The notes beneath the pieces were generated by a model. The model had not been told where the DNA came from and made no database searches. It saw nothing but the letters and a program-made list of their open reading frames with translations. Of a stretch of DNA of 64,000 bases, positions 1 to 9,041 are shown in pieces (within the stretch, counting starts at the first letter, position 1; each line of letters begins with the position of its first letter). This DNA is from Bacteroidia bacterium (GTDB lineage: Bacteria > Bacteroidota > Bacteroidia > Cytophagales > JAAEPT01): contig JAUIJC010000027.1 of the NCBI GenBank assembly GCA_030431525.1, positions 4,132-68,131 of the forward strand. Direction: 5' to 3'. Made by a program: the position numbers and the translations under genes.

Positions 1-3000
1 ATTACTACAGAGCATAGAGTCGGACTCAAATTCAATCACTGTACTCGGAAGCATGATATGCTCAACTAACACTCTTGCCTCTAGCGGATTTGCACAGCCT
101 GCATCCTTAGAAAGCTTAAGCATAGTCTCCGATGAGCTCGTAAAGTCAGCACCACTCACCGTTCCATTAGTTACCGTACCACTCGGCTCCCACGTCCAGG
201 TGTTGACTCCAACAACATCTCCTTCCTCTGTCAGAACTACAGTCTCATCGCCACATATACGCTGAACATAAATCAACGGAGTCGAAGACAGCTCCTCAAA
301 CCTATCCATACCCATATCCGAGCTTGACACAAGAATTGTAGGTGCCTTCGCTGTAAAGTCAAGCTCGAACTCATCAAATGTGCCTGCAGTACACTGCACA
401 TCAGAAGCCAACTCGCCAACCACCTTCACCTTGTGGAGAGCTCCATCCATAAAGGTGTACAAGAACGGGTTGGAGGTAGACGCTGAAAGGCCGTCAACAA
501 ACCACTCAAGCTTGAACACCGAAGCATTTGCATTGGCAGTAAAGGTCACTTCCTCATCCTTACAGCCGGCAGGCAAACTAAAGTCTACAGAAGGCGCAGG
601 AACAACGTTCATCGTATAAGGAGCAGAATTTTTGCTTAGACCACAGGCATTGCGAGCATGTACTGTGATTGTCTCCGTCGGGTCACTGGTGAAAGTATGG
701 CTCTCACTGTCGCTGTTACCAGCAATGCCGCTGGACCAAACATAGTCCACCACGCGGGCTGGGAATGGTGTCGCTACAGACAGGTTTACCGTCTCTCCGA
801 CACAAACGTCGGTCACACCACCCGCTGCAATAATTGCTGTTGGATCCTCTGGTACGTCAGTCACGTTGAACACAACCGTACGCTCGCTGGCTGGACAGCC
901 GCTGGCCGCAGTCTTGGCAATTGACCAAGTCACCTCGGTCTTGCCTATTCCCGTTAGCGTTACCCCTGACTGGGAAGCTGTGTTCGAGCCGTTGACCAAG
1001 GCAACGCTCGTGCCTGAAACAACCGTCCAGGTACCTTGCTCGCCACTGGCGGCTGAGGAGCCATTAAAATTGATAGTTCCATCATCAAGACAAACATCTA
1101 CCTCCTCGTCTTGCACAAGGATATCGGTGCCATAAGTAATCTCGGCTACTGTGATGTCTGAAAGCTTATTAAGCGTCACATCCACAGAGGAGTGATCCAC
1201 ACATGTACCATTAGACACCGTCCAGCGGAACACCGACTGACTGCCATTCACCAAGTTCTCCACCTGGGCAGCAGGATTGTTCTCCTGTCCAGAAACAATA
1301 TTACCTGGACCGCTTATCAAGGTCCATGCACCTGTAGCAGTGGTGCCACCAGATGCCAGGCTCGCTGCCTCGGCATCAAGGTTGGTTGGGTCCGCACAGG
1401 TTGGCACAGTCGTCATGATTGGGTCAGCCAAGGCAGCCGTTTCAGGTGCTTCGTCAACGCTGATGGTCACTGTCGCTGCCTGAGGGGCACAAGGGCTGCT
1501 GGCGTCAGCCACCTCCCACTGCAACACGTTGTCACCAAACGGAAGGTTCGATACCGTTGCGTCATGGGCGTTCAAATCACTGAAAGAAACAGAAGTTCCA
1601 GCATCACCGTTGCTGTTGGAAACAAAGCTCCAAGTACCAGTTTCGGTTGCTTTTAGGCTTGCATTTGCGCCCAACTGATGGGAAGTACCCTCACAGATGG
1701 TGGTCGCGCTGCCAGCATCAGGAGGGGTAATGCTACCTACACGGGTAATGGTAATATCATCCGTCTGGGCAGTACATACGCCATTCGGACTAGTCACGGT
1801 GTAGGTCACCGTCACTGACTCGCCTTCGTTGTTGATGGTCAATGCTCCAGTAGAGCTAATGCTACCCTTGGTCGCATCATCAACACTCCAGGCACCAGTA
1901 CCAACCGTAATAGCGTCAGCTGTCAAGGTGAGGCCAGTCGTACAAATGTTCGTTCCACCTGTAGGTGATTGGATCACTGCATCACTTGGAACAGCGTCAA
2001 CAGATAAAGTAATTTCGTCAACATTTGAATCCTTAGGGTCCGCACAAGAAAGGTCGGAAGTCATCTGAACTCCGATTTTCTTACCTGAAAGGGACTTCAC
2101 TTCGGCAGCAGTCAAGTCGAGGAAATCATCCTTGACAGAAGACTGAGCCACACCATCAAGGGTCCAGACAAAGTCAGGGCTTGTCCCGCCATTCTCAGAC
2201 TTCGAAAGGGTCAAAGTCAGTGCAGCATCCTCACAAACCGTCCCAGGATCCGAAATTGCAACCGCAGGAATAACCTTGGCAGTATAATTCACCGTCACAC
2301 TGGTTTCCTCCGTACCACAATCGCCAGCGGCTACAACCTTGATCTCACCAGCACCAGTATTGAACGTCACCTCGGCAAAGAGGTCCGTGGAACCTCCGCC
2401 AGACACCAAAGTGGCTCCCGAAGGAATCGTCCATGTATAAGTAACATTCGAGCCGTCAACCGCACTAATCGAATAGGTCTCCGTCTGACCTTGGCAAACA
2501 GTAGTAGAGCCGGAAATCGCACCTACGGCAGCCGTCTTCTTCCTAACCGTCAGGTTCGCCGAAGTAGTCAACGTAGCGGGGCATTTTGAGTTGCCCACCT
2601 CAACCTCTACGGCAAAGGTGCTGCCTCCCAAACCTGTAAACGCAGGAATCGTGAGCTTGGAGGAGGTCTCGGCTGAAGCCGTACCGTCAACCGTCCACGT
2701 ATAGCTCTCAGCGTTGCTCACGCCTGTAACCTCATAGGCCTTATTCGTCGCGTCCTCACATACCGTCAGGTCGCCAGTGATTGTAGGCGTTCCGGTTACG
2801 ACTGCGTTGACCACAACCTTGATCTCAGCACGCGGGCTTTCACAACCATTTACCGACTGGCTTACATAATAGGAAGTCGTACCGGCAGCGGTAGTTGACG
2901 GAGTCGGTGCTGATGGGATTACAGCACCTCCTGAAGGTGAATCATACCAGGTAAGCGTCGCCCCTGTGCTGGCGTTCGCTGACAAGCTAGAGGCAGCATC

Positions 3001-5931
3001 ACCGACGCAGTACTCTACTGGGGTGTTTACTGTTGGGGCACTTGGAATAGCATAAACCGTCACATCTACCTTAGCACGAGAGCTTTCACAACCATTCTCC
3101 GTCTTACTTACATAATAGGAAGTCGTACCGGCAGTTGTGGTAGCTGGAGTAACACTTGGAGCTCCCGTTCCTCCAGTAGCTACAGTGTACCAAGTCAATC
3201 CAGTTCCTGTAGGACTCAAGTCTGAGGCTGTCTCTTTCTCACAGTATTCTACTGGAGAGGTTACTGTTGGGGCACTTGGAACAGCATAAACCGTCACATC
3301 CAACTTACTACGAGAGCTTTCACAACCATTCTCCGTCTTACTTACATAATAGGAAATCGTACCGGCAGCTGTGGTAGCTGGAGTAACACTTGGACTTCCT
3401 GAACCTCCAGTGGCTACAGTGTACCAAGTCAATCCAGTTCCTGTAGGACTCAAGTCTGAGGCTGCATCACCAACGCAGTATTCGACTGGAGAGGTTACTG
3501 ATGGGGCACCTGGAGTTGCATTTACAGTAACAGAAATCTTATTACTCTCAGGTGATTCTCCCGTACAAGATCCAGAATTTGTAACCGTCACCCAATAATC
3601 CTTAGCTGCTGCAGCGGATGTTGTAGGAACTGTATAATCTTGGGAGGTAGCCCCAGAAATAGCGCCATCGTCATTATACCACTGATATGTAAATGGACCA
3701 ACCACCAACGGGTCAGAATTTGGGTTAGGATCAGCCGTCAAAACCAAGGTTTCACCTTGACAAATGGTTGCAGTTCCAGTTTTTACGGAAGCTTCTGGAG
3801 CCTCCTGAGTACAACAGGCAGGAATCGTTACTGCAGCTCCATAGGAACAACCAGCTGGAGAATCTTCTTCAGAATAAGTAATTGAAGTCTTTACAATATT
3901 ATAAGTCTTAAAACTTATAGGTCCATCAGTAAAATCGTTTTGTACAGATCGTGCGATATTAATACCAGTCGGCGCTTGGAACGATACTTTATAATCTCCA
4001 GCACCTACATTCCAATCAGAAGGTGTTAAAGTTTCAGTCCAAGCAGTCCCACTCGTTCCACTAGCAATATTTATTGGAACTGTGATTGGGGTACCTATTA
4101 CAGTTCCACTAGAATTTTCTAGTGTAATAACTACATCACCAACAATTGCTGCACTAGCCCATCCATGGTGAAGGTTCAGCTCAAAGGAATTTATACTAGC
4201 AGATACAGCTGGATTAGAGACTGTCAATTCAAAATCATTAGGGAGATTAAAGTTATCCCACTTATTAAAATTGTCTTGAACAGAAGTTGAAGTCAAACTA
4301 CCTGCTGGATGAACCCAAATAGAACCTCCCACAAATGCCGAAGCATCAAAAGTTGACCCTGCACCGACAATGACTCCACCACTTGCAGGATCCTTATCAT
4401 ACCAAAGGTATTCACCAGATGAGGAACCAGTACCAGTAGCAATTCGAGGACATGTCGAAGAAACAGTAGCTGAAGCATATTGCTCTGGCAATACCTCAAC
4501 ATTAAATTTCAGTGTTCTACTTCTACTACAATCATCAACAACATCCACCTGAATTGAGGTAGTGCCAGCATTAGTCATATCAACCGTAAAGGATGATTTA
4601 TTCGCATCTGAATCTGTATTTGCCCCTGTCGCAGTCCATACAACACCAGGAGTTTCCGAGCCCTCAATTTCTATTGAGAACGTAACTGTCTCCCCTTGAC
4701 AAACCGTAGAATTAGCTAAATCTTTACCGTTAACTTTAAGAGTGGCAATACTTGAAACCAAAGATTTCAAGAAAGTGGGCATATCCATATTTACCCATTG
4801 TTGATCTGCTGTAGTAGCAGTATAGAAATTATTATCAAGAGTACCTCCCCCATCAACATTAGTGATTCGACCTATTTTTCCTTTACCAGCATTAGCATAC
4901 GCTTCGGGAATAGCGTAATAAATATTTCCATCTGGAGCCATCTGCAAATGTCCACCCCGCATGCCACCCGTCGTACCTAAAGAGGTAAGTGCTCCTAACC
5001 CAGAACCAGTTACTGGTATTGAATAAATTTCACCAGGATTATTATTATCCTGTCCTCTTAACACATATACGTATTTTCCATCTGAAGAAAATTCAACCCC
5101 ATATGGTTGAACTATATTGTCAATAGAGTTCACAAAAGTCAATTGACCGCTTTGTGCATTAAAATTATAAAGCTGAACCTTTCCACCAATAGCATACACC
5201 ATCTGGGTATAGCAGTTATTAAACTTCATAATCCCGATGTCATCAATAGTCTCAGGCCAAGAAGAAGTACAAACTAAACTTGGTCCTTCTGCTTGAGTTG
5301 TTGACAGAGAAATCCCTGAAGATGTAACAGAATAAACTTTAAAATTATTGTTACACTTCTCATGAGTCACCAACCAATATTCATCAGACACAGAAAAATC
5401 TGGGTTAACTTTTGGGACACCAGCCTGTGCCTCAGTCAAATTAGCAGCTAAATTATTTGCAGAGCCAACAGAGATATTCCCAGCACCACTTCCATTCACC
5501 GTTACTTTGTAATAAGAAGCCGCTGGTTTAGTCGCAGCTGTTGGACCAAACCTCATTATCGACAGATAATACTCATTGTCAACCCCTGGTACAGGAAAGA
5601 CTATGGAGCCTTGGGCAACATTCCAAGTATTTGATGGCAAATTAAACACTGCGTTGCCTCCCCCATCATAAACATCATCCCCTACTACGGCAAAAAGCAA
5701 ATCACCATTTTGATCTGAAATTGCAGTGGAGTTTTCAGTAAGATCGTTTCCACTAGGAAGACCTTTAGATACAGTTGGATTACCACCTCCTGAGAAATCC
5801 ATTTTTATGTTATTTCCCACATACCAGATATCCGCTTGCCCAAACGATAAATGGACAGAGAACAACCCGAAGAGAACCAAGAGCGCTAACCGCAGCCTAC
5901 TCATCATCGATGAATTATAAAGGTTGGACAT
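1..5931 (-). CDS. Giant secreted cell-surface (adhesin-like) protein. The N-terminus is complete and the C-terminus lies beyond the left edge (~1977 codons in window). It has a signal peptide, an N-terminal globular domain and many Ig-like domains of the 'CHU_C-associated' kind typical of gliding/T9SS type-B cargo.
   Basis: It is absent from the ORF track only because it has no stop in the window. Reverse translation from ATG (cat 5929-5931; in-frame alternatives at 5907/5904) reads MSNLYNSSMMSRLRLALLVLFGLFSVHLSFGQADIWYVGNN.... No minus ORF in this frame terminates between 1 and 5931, and only short + ORFs are listed there. Repeating ~78-aa units read PVEYC.GD.AS.L...GTGLTWYTVATGG.G.PSVTPATT.AGT.SYYVSKTENGCESSR..VDVTVYA. 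Confidence 0.8.
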   Translation of the reverse strand, partial: MSNLYNSSMMSRLRLALLVLFGLFSVHLSFGQADIWYVGNNIKMDFSGGGNPTVSKGLPSGNDLTENSTAISDQNGDLLFAVVGDDVYDGGGNAVFNLPSNTWNVAQGSIVFPVPGVDNEYYLSIMRFGPTAATKPAASYYKVTVNGSGAGNISVGSANNLAANLTEAQAGVPKVNPDFSVSDEYWLVTHEKCNNNFKVYSVTSSGISLSTTQAEGPSLVCTSSWPETIDDIGIMKFNNCYTQMVYAIGGKVQLYNFNAQSGQLTFVNSIDNIVQPYGVEFSSDGKYVYVLRGQDNNNPGEIYSIPVTGSGLGALTSLGTTGGMRGGHLQMAPDGNIYYAIPEAYANAGKGKIGRITNVDGGGTLDNNFYTATTADQQWVNMDMPTFLKSLVSSIATLKVNGKDLANSTVCQGETVTFSIEIEGSETPGVVWTATGANTDSDANKSSFTVDMTNAGTTSIQVDVVDDCSRSRTLKFNVEVLPEQYASATVSSTCPRIATGTGSSSGEYLWYDKDPASGGVIVGAGSTFDASAFVGGSIWVHPAGSLTSTSVQDNFNKWDNFNLPNDFELTVSNPAVSASINSFELNLHHGWASAAIVGDVVITLENSSGTVIGTPITVPINIASGTSGTAWTETLTPSDWNVGAGDYKVSFQAPTGINIARSVQNDFTDGPISFKTYNIVKTSITYSEEDSPAGCSYGAAVTIPACCTQEAPEASVKTGTATICQGETLVLTADPNPNSDPLVVGPFTYQWYNDDGAISGATSQDYTVPTTSAAAAKDYWVTVTNSGSCTGESPESNKISVTVNATPGAPSVTSPVEYCVGDAASDLSPTGTGLTWYTVATGGSGSPSVTPATTAAGTISYYVSKTENGCESSRSKLDVTVYAVPSAPTVTSPVEYCEKETASDLSPTGTGLTWYTVATGGTGAPSVTPATTTAGTTSYYVSKTENGCESSRAKVDVTVYAIPSAPTVNTPVEYCVGDAASSLSANASTGATLTWYDSPSGGAVIPSAPTPSTTAAGTTSYYVSQSVNGCESPRAEIKVVVNAVVTGTPTITGDLTVCEDATNKAYEVTGVSNAESYTWTVDGTASAETSSKLTIPAFTGLGGSTFAVEVEVGNSKCPATLTTSANLTVRKKTAAVGAISGSTTVCQGQTETYSISAVDGSNVTYTWTIPSGATLVSGGGSTDLFAEVTFNTGAGEIKVVAAGDCGTEETSVTVNYTAKVIPAVAISDPGTVCEDAALTLTLSKSENGGTSPDFVWTLDGVAQSSVKDDFLDLTAAEVKSLSGKKIGVQMTSDLSCADPKDSNVDEITLSVDAVPSDAVIQSPTGGTNICTTGLTLTADAITVGTGAWSVDDATKGSISSTGALTINNEGESVTVTYTVTSPNGVCTAQTDDITITRVGSITPPDAGSATTICEGTSHQLGANASLKATETGTWSFVSNSNGDAGTSVSFSDLNAHDATVSNLPFGDNVLQWEVADASSPCAPQAATVTISVDEAPETAALADPIMTTVPTCADPTNLDAEAASLASGGTTATGAWTLISGPGNIVSGQENNPAAQVENLVNGSQSVFRWTVSNGTCVDHSSVDVTLNKLSDITVAEITYGTDILVQDEEVDVCLDDGTINFNGSSAASGEQGTWTVVSGTSVALVNGSNTASQSGVTLTGIGKTEVTWSIAKTAASGCPASERTVVFNVTDVPEDPTAIIAAGGVTDVCVGETVNLSVATPFPARVVDYVWSSGIAGNSDSESHTFTSDPTETITVHARNACGLSKNSAPYTMNVVPAPSVDFSLPAGCKDEEVTFTANANASVFKLEWFVDGLSASTSNPFLYTFMDGALHKVKVVGELASDVQCTAGTFDEFELDFTAKAPTILVSSSDMGMDRFEELSSTPLIYVQRICGDETVVLTEEGDVVGVNTWTWEPSGTVTNGTVSGADFTSSSETMLKLSKDAGCANPLEARVLVEHIMLPSTVIEFESDSMLCSN
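2797..3500 (-). repeat. Three tandem 234-bp (78-codon) coding repeats inside the giant adhesin gene. The two central copies are near-identical.
   Basis: The marker tgttggggcacttggaa(t/c)agcataaaccgtcacatc recurs at 3031 and 3265, and a related tgatggggcacc at 3499, exactly 234 bp apart. A more diverged unit lies at 2797-3030. Confidence 0.85.
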
Positions 5932-6113
5932 ATTATTACGTCAACATTAAACAAGACTTAAAGATAGGGAAATTCCCTGTTTCTTATGTTAATATGATGA
6001 TTCCCGTCAAAGTAACCATATATCTGGCTTTTCTTCAGGGAGAACTATGCAACACAACGGAGAACCCGAACTGGAATCAAATCGTTCCAACGATTCCACT
6101 AATGCATGCAATA

Positions 6114-6494
6114 TTATAAAAGTGACTTAATATCAGGTTTAAAGTACTCAGGACCTTTCATCACCTTCCCATCCTCTCGATAGATAGGCTTCCCATCAGC
6201 TCCCAGCTTGGACATGTTGGAGCGATGAATCTCCTCAAACACCTCAACAATTTTATCTTGGAGCCCATGCTTAAGGATTGTTCCGCAAAGGATATAGAGT
6301 TGGTCCCCTAAGGCATCAGCGATTTCAACAAGATTTCCTTCCTTGCAGGCTTCCAAATATTCGTCGTTCTCCTCAGCCATAAGACGATGACGCAATTCTG
6401 CCTCCTTCAGTGGAAGTTTAGCCGAGGGCTTTTCATTGTTTTCGATGCCAAAGGCATCATGAAACTGTCTGACGGCTTCAAGTTTTTTATCCAT
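6114..6494 (-). CDS. MazG-like all-alpha nucleoside triphosphate pyrophosphohydrolase family protein
   Basis: 126-aa ORF with an ATG start. The acidic helices 'MAEENDEYLEA' and 'EIADALGDQLYILCGT' resemble the E-x2-E / D-x2-D metal-binding motifs of MazG/PRA-PH-type NTP-PPases. Confidence 0.65.
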   Translation of the reverse strand: MDKKLEAVRQFHDAFGIENNEKPSAKLPLKEAELRHRLMAEENDEYLEACKEGNLVEIADALGDQLYILCGTILKHGLQDKIVEVFEEIHRSNMSKLGADGKPIYREDGKVMKGPEYFKPDIKSLL

Positions 6495-6619
6495 TATTCT
6501 AGAAATAATCGCCCTTCCAATCTTTAGAAGGATTTTCGACGGACATCAAATTTACACAGAATAAATGGTGTAGGTTTTTTATGTATATTGTAAACTATTG
6601 CTTTAGCAAAAGAGCAATA

Positions 6620-6752
6620 ATAAACTGGCCCAGCCGGCTTGTTCTTTTGCTTGCTGTTCGTAGCAACTTGATTTGCGATAGCTACGGCTATCCCTTCATC
6701 AACTCGCTACGAACAGCAAGCAAAATAACTGTGCCTTGATGGACCAGTTTAT
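6620..6752 (+). repeat. 133-bp MITE-like long-hairpin element, copy 1
   Basis: ataaactggccc...gttcttttgcttgctgttcgtagc-[41-nt core containing a gatagc-tacg-gctatc hairpin]-gctacgaacagcaagcaaaataac...ggaccagtttat. The 24-bp stem has one mismatch. It ends 37 nt upstream of the sensor gene start. Confidence 0.85.
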
Positions 6753-6789
6753 CATTTCACTTTCGCTTCAACCAATCCCATAGATTATT

Positions 6790-8796
6790 GTGCTGCAAAA
6801 GTTTCGGATTGACCTTCGTCTAAGCCTTTACCTTTCTTTCTTGCTGGCAGGAGCCCTTAGCCTGATTAGCTTCCTTGTATTTCAGGAAAGTCAGAAGCTT
6901 GTGCATCGACAGGAGGCTGAAAGATTGCACATTATCAACGGCCTGAAAAAGGAGAAAATCAGCTCCCATATCCGGAAGGTTCAGTCTAATATTGACCAAA
7001 TCAACCATCATCAAGACTTATCGGATGCGTTGAATTTTTTGGCATTAAATTATCAAAGCAGAGACACCGCTGTTCAACAACATGTTAGTGTTGTCCGAGA
7101 GTTTTTGAAAGGTCAATTTCATTCTATCAAGGAGGCCTATTCATTTAATAAGATTCTACTTCTCAACACGGAAGGGAAGGTTTTCTTTTCCACCACTAAT
7201 ACCCTGAACCTCAGTCTTCAGGAAAAAAACCTTTTTAATGAGAAGGAGGCCACCTTCCTCAAGGCTCGTCATGACTTGACCTTCACCCCGCCCTTCCCCA
7301 CTAAAGGAACTCATGGGGCTTACCATGTAATGGCCCTTGCCCCGATTTTCAACCGTGACCTTCAGGGCAAAAAGAAGACAACTTTGATTGTGGCCTATGA
7401 GATTCCGATGGAGCCCATTTTTGAGAGTGTGAATGACACTACAGGACTTGGATTCACGGGGGAGACGATTCTGACACAATACATTGACAACAAAGCTTGT
7501 TTCCTAAACCCAACCAGAAGACATCTGGTGGGTGATGAAGAAGTACCTATTCCTCTTGGATCTGAAAAAGGGATACCCGCACAGCGCAGTGTAACCAGTT
7601 CAAAAGGAGGGTTTTCCGAAAACCTTATTGATTACAGAGGAGTTCCTGTCAATGCTGCATGGAGTCAAATCCCAGAGCTTGGCTGGGGCATTGTTACCAA
7701 AATGGATCACAAGGAGTGTTTCATGCTCCTAAACAAACTCCGGCAGAAGGTCATCTTTGTATCTGGAATCGCCATTATCATTGCCATCTTCATTGCAACT
7801 CTTTATGCCCGAAACTTCCTCAAGCCATTGATTCAAATTGAGGATACGATTTCGGCTTTGGCGCAAGGCTCCTTCCCAAAAGAAGTGCCGTCTGATAGAA
7901 ATGATAAGTTCCGCAACATTTCTATGGCCCTTAACACCCTTATCAATCACCTAAAGCAGTCAACTTTGTTTGCACAGCGCATTGGTCAGGGAAAACTTGA
8001 TGTCTCGATTGACACTTCTGTTCATTCCGATGTATTGAGCAAAAGTTTGGCAGCTATGCAAAAAAGCCTGTCACGCGAAAAGGACCATGAATTGGAGCGT
8101 AAATGGTTGACAGAAGGTATTGCCATCCACAGTGAAATTCTTCAGTCCAATGTGGATAGTATTCAATCCCTTGGCGAAGCCATTCTTTCAAGCCTTGTAA
8201 GTTACTTGGGTGTGCAACGCGGTGGATTTTACTCTGTACTTTACACACCAATAAATAACGAAAATGGTGACGAGGTTTGCTTTGAGTTATCCGCCACCTA
8301 TGCCTATGAGGATCAAGAGGATCGTTCGAGAAAATTCAAACTTGGTGAGGGCATTATAGGCCAAGCAGCCCAGGACTGCCAGACTATTTATCAGAAAAAT
8401 GTGCCTTTAGAAAGTCCTGAGGTCTCCACCGCTTTTGGAAAAGCCAAAGCAACCAATATTCTTATTGTGCCTATTAAGGTCAATGAAGAGGTGCTCGGCC
8501 TGTTGGAATTTGCTGCTTTTGAGGAAATCAATGAGTATAAAATCGACTTAGTGGAACGTATTGCTGACAACATGGCTTCGGCTATCCTGTCTGTAAAATC
8601 CAGCGAGCGCATGAAACGCTTGCTTTCTGACTCACAGCGCTTTGCTCAAGAACTCCAGAAAAAAGAGGAAGAGCATCTTCAAAACCAAAAGGAGATGGAA
8701 CTCCGCTTTAAAGCCCTTCAAAAAGAGCTCCTTGAGGCTAAAAAAGACAGCCAACGTCTTCGGAATAAGCTTAGGGCACTTTTAGATAATCTCTAA
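6790..8796 (+). CDS. Membrane sensor protein with an N-terminal TM, periplasmic Cache-like domain, second TM, HAMP, GAF and a C-terminal coiled coil. No kinase, cyclase or other output domain is visible.
   Basis: 668 aa with a GTG start. TM segments are LSLYLSFLLAGALSLISFLVF and VIFVSGIAIIIAIFIATLYA. The HAMP-like stretch is FLKPLIQIEDTISALAQG...ISMALNTLINHLKQ. The GAF-like stretch is LVSYLGVQRGGFY...GEGIIGQAAQ...VPIKVNEEVLGLLEFAAF. The K/E/L-rich tail is predicted coiled coil. Confidence 0.75.
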   Translation: MLQKFRIDLRLSLYLSFLLAGALSLISFLVFQESQKLVHRQEAERLHIINGLKKEKISSHIRKVQSNIDQINHHQDLSDALNFLALNYQSRDTAVQQHVSVVREFLKGQFHSIKEAYSFNKILLLNTEGKVFFSTTNTLNLSLQEKNLFNEKEATFLKARHDLTFTPPFPTKGTHGAYHVMALAPIFNRDLQGKKKTTLIVAYEIPMEPIFESVNDTTGLGFTGETILTQYIDNKACFLNPTRRHLVGDEEVPIPLGSEKGIPAQRSVTSSKGGFSENLIDYRGVPVNAAWSQIPELGWGIVTKMDHKECFMLLNKLRQKVIFVSGIAIIIAIFIATLYARNFLKPLIQIEDTISALAQGSFPKEVPSDRNDKFRNISMALNTLINHLKQSTLFAQRIGQGKLDVSIDTSVHSDVLSKSLAAMQKSLSREKDHELERKWLTEGIAIHSEILQSNVDSIQSLGEAILSSLVSYLGVQRGGFYSVLYTPINNENGDEVCFELSATYAYEDQEDRSRKFKLGEGIIGQAAQDCQTIYQKNVPLESPEVSTAFGKAKATNILIVPIKVNEEVLGLLEFAAFEEINEYKIDLVERIADNMASAILSVKSSERMKRLLSDSQRFAQELQKKEEEHLQNQKEMELRFKALQKELLEAKKDSQRLRNKLRALLDNL

Positions 8797-9041
8797 AGAA
8801 CAAAAATTGCTTTTCTCTTACGTGAAGTTATATTCCCACTACTCCTTGTGAAAAGCAATATTTTGACGAGACATTCCAATTTTCAGGCGATTTTTCACTA
8901 TTTTTAGGGAATGTACCAACTGTTGTTCAACACAATATGTATGGACTGAGGGTTTCATGCATCCTTTCGCCTTGAAAACGAGAGGCTGAAAGAACTATTC
9001 TTAGGAAACCGTCCTTTACGTAGAAAATCAAACCTTTCATC

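Noticed and set aside
53-5920. About 20 short + strand ORFs (60-154 aa) listed across the first 6 kb
   Set aside because: The minus strand carries one uninterrupted reading frame with a signal peptide and repeated Ig-like domains. The + strand ORFs are its shadows.
6114-6494. MazG-like gene as a marker of a prophage or defence island
   Set aside because: There are no phage, integrase, toxin or nuclease genes nearby. Its neighbours are an adhesin and a sensor gene. A stand-alone housekeeping NTP-PPase is the simpler reading.
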